A DNA stretch of 64,000 nt. Origin: Protoeuglena noctilucae. Lineage: Eukaryota. A model generated the notes under the pieces. The model was not told the DNA's origin, did no database searches, and worked only from the letters and a program-made list of their open reading frames with translations. Below are positions 63,809-64,000 of this stretch, one piece after another (positions within the stretch are counted from its first letter, which is position 1; the number at the start of each line of letters is the position of its first letter). The stretch lies in the NCBI GenBank assembly GCA_958009085.1, contig OY253673.1:992001-1056000 (forward strand). Reading direction: 5' to 3'. The position numbers and the translations under genes are program-made.

Positions 63809-64000
63809 GTGAGGATGAGCTGACATGGATGGGTATGTTGTGGGGTCCGCGTGGCAGCGGGGGCGAGCTGTGCGGTGGCCGGGATGGGACCAGGCACAGG
63901 ATGGTTTCACGAGAGCTGCCGTCGATGCTGTCGACGGTATCCTTGCTCGGCACGGGAGAGGGAAATGCTGTTGCAGTCGATTCCATGAATTTGCGTCCCC

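Overview
GC-rich (roughly 70% by eye), intron-rich, very compact eukaryotic nuclear DNA, most likely from a flagellated green alga. The evidence is a phosphoglucan water dikinase, a plant-type COX5C, a NAR1/FNT channel, a plastid-type FabZ, LC8 and a PACRG-like gene. About 21 spliced protein-coding genes can be reconstructed by hand: a coiled-coil repeat protein, COX5C, a TTBK/CK1 kinase, organellar RPS6, Exo70, dynein LC8, TFIIH p52, NAR1, apyrase, an Aurora-like pseudokinase, FabZ, PWD, ADAT1, an ILR1-like amidohydrolase, PACRG-like, a 17-kb TRRAP/Tra1, SNAPC1, D-amino-acid oxidase, ABCE1 (cut by the window end) and two orphans. Three things stand out. (1) A ~1.7-kb intronless island (13948-15666) carries a twice-frameshifted PIF1 helicase C-terminal half joined back-to-back to an unknown minus-strand gene fragment, which is itself present in two diverged tandem copies. 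The island ends in a Helitron-type hairpin + CTRR|T. (2) GC-AG introns are unusually frequent, all AG|GC[GA]AG. (3) Three tandem duplications of splice junctions create out-of-frame decoy splice sites. All exon models and coordinates are manual and lack transcript support. No tRNA, rRNA or CRISPR array was seen.
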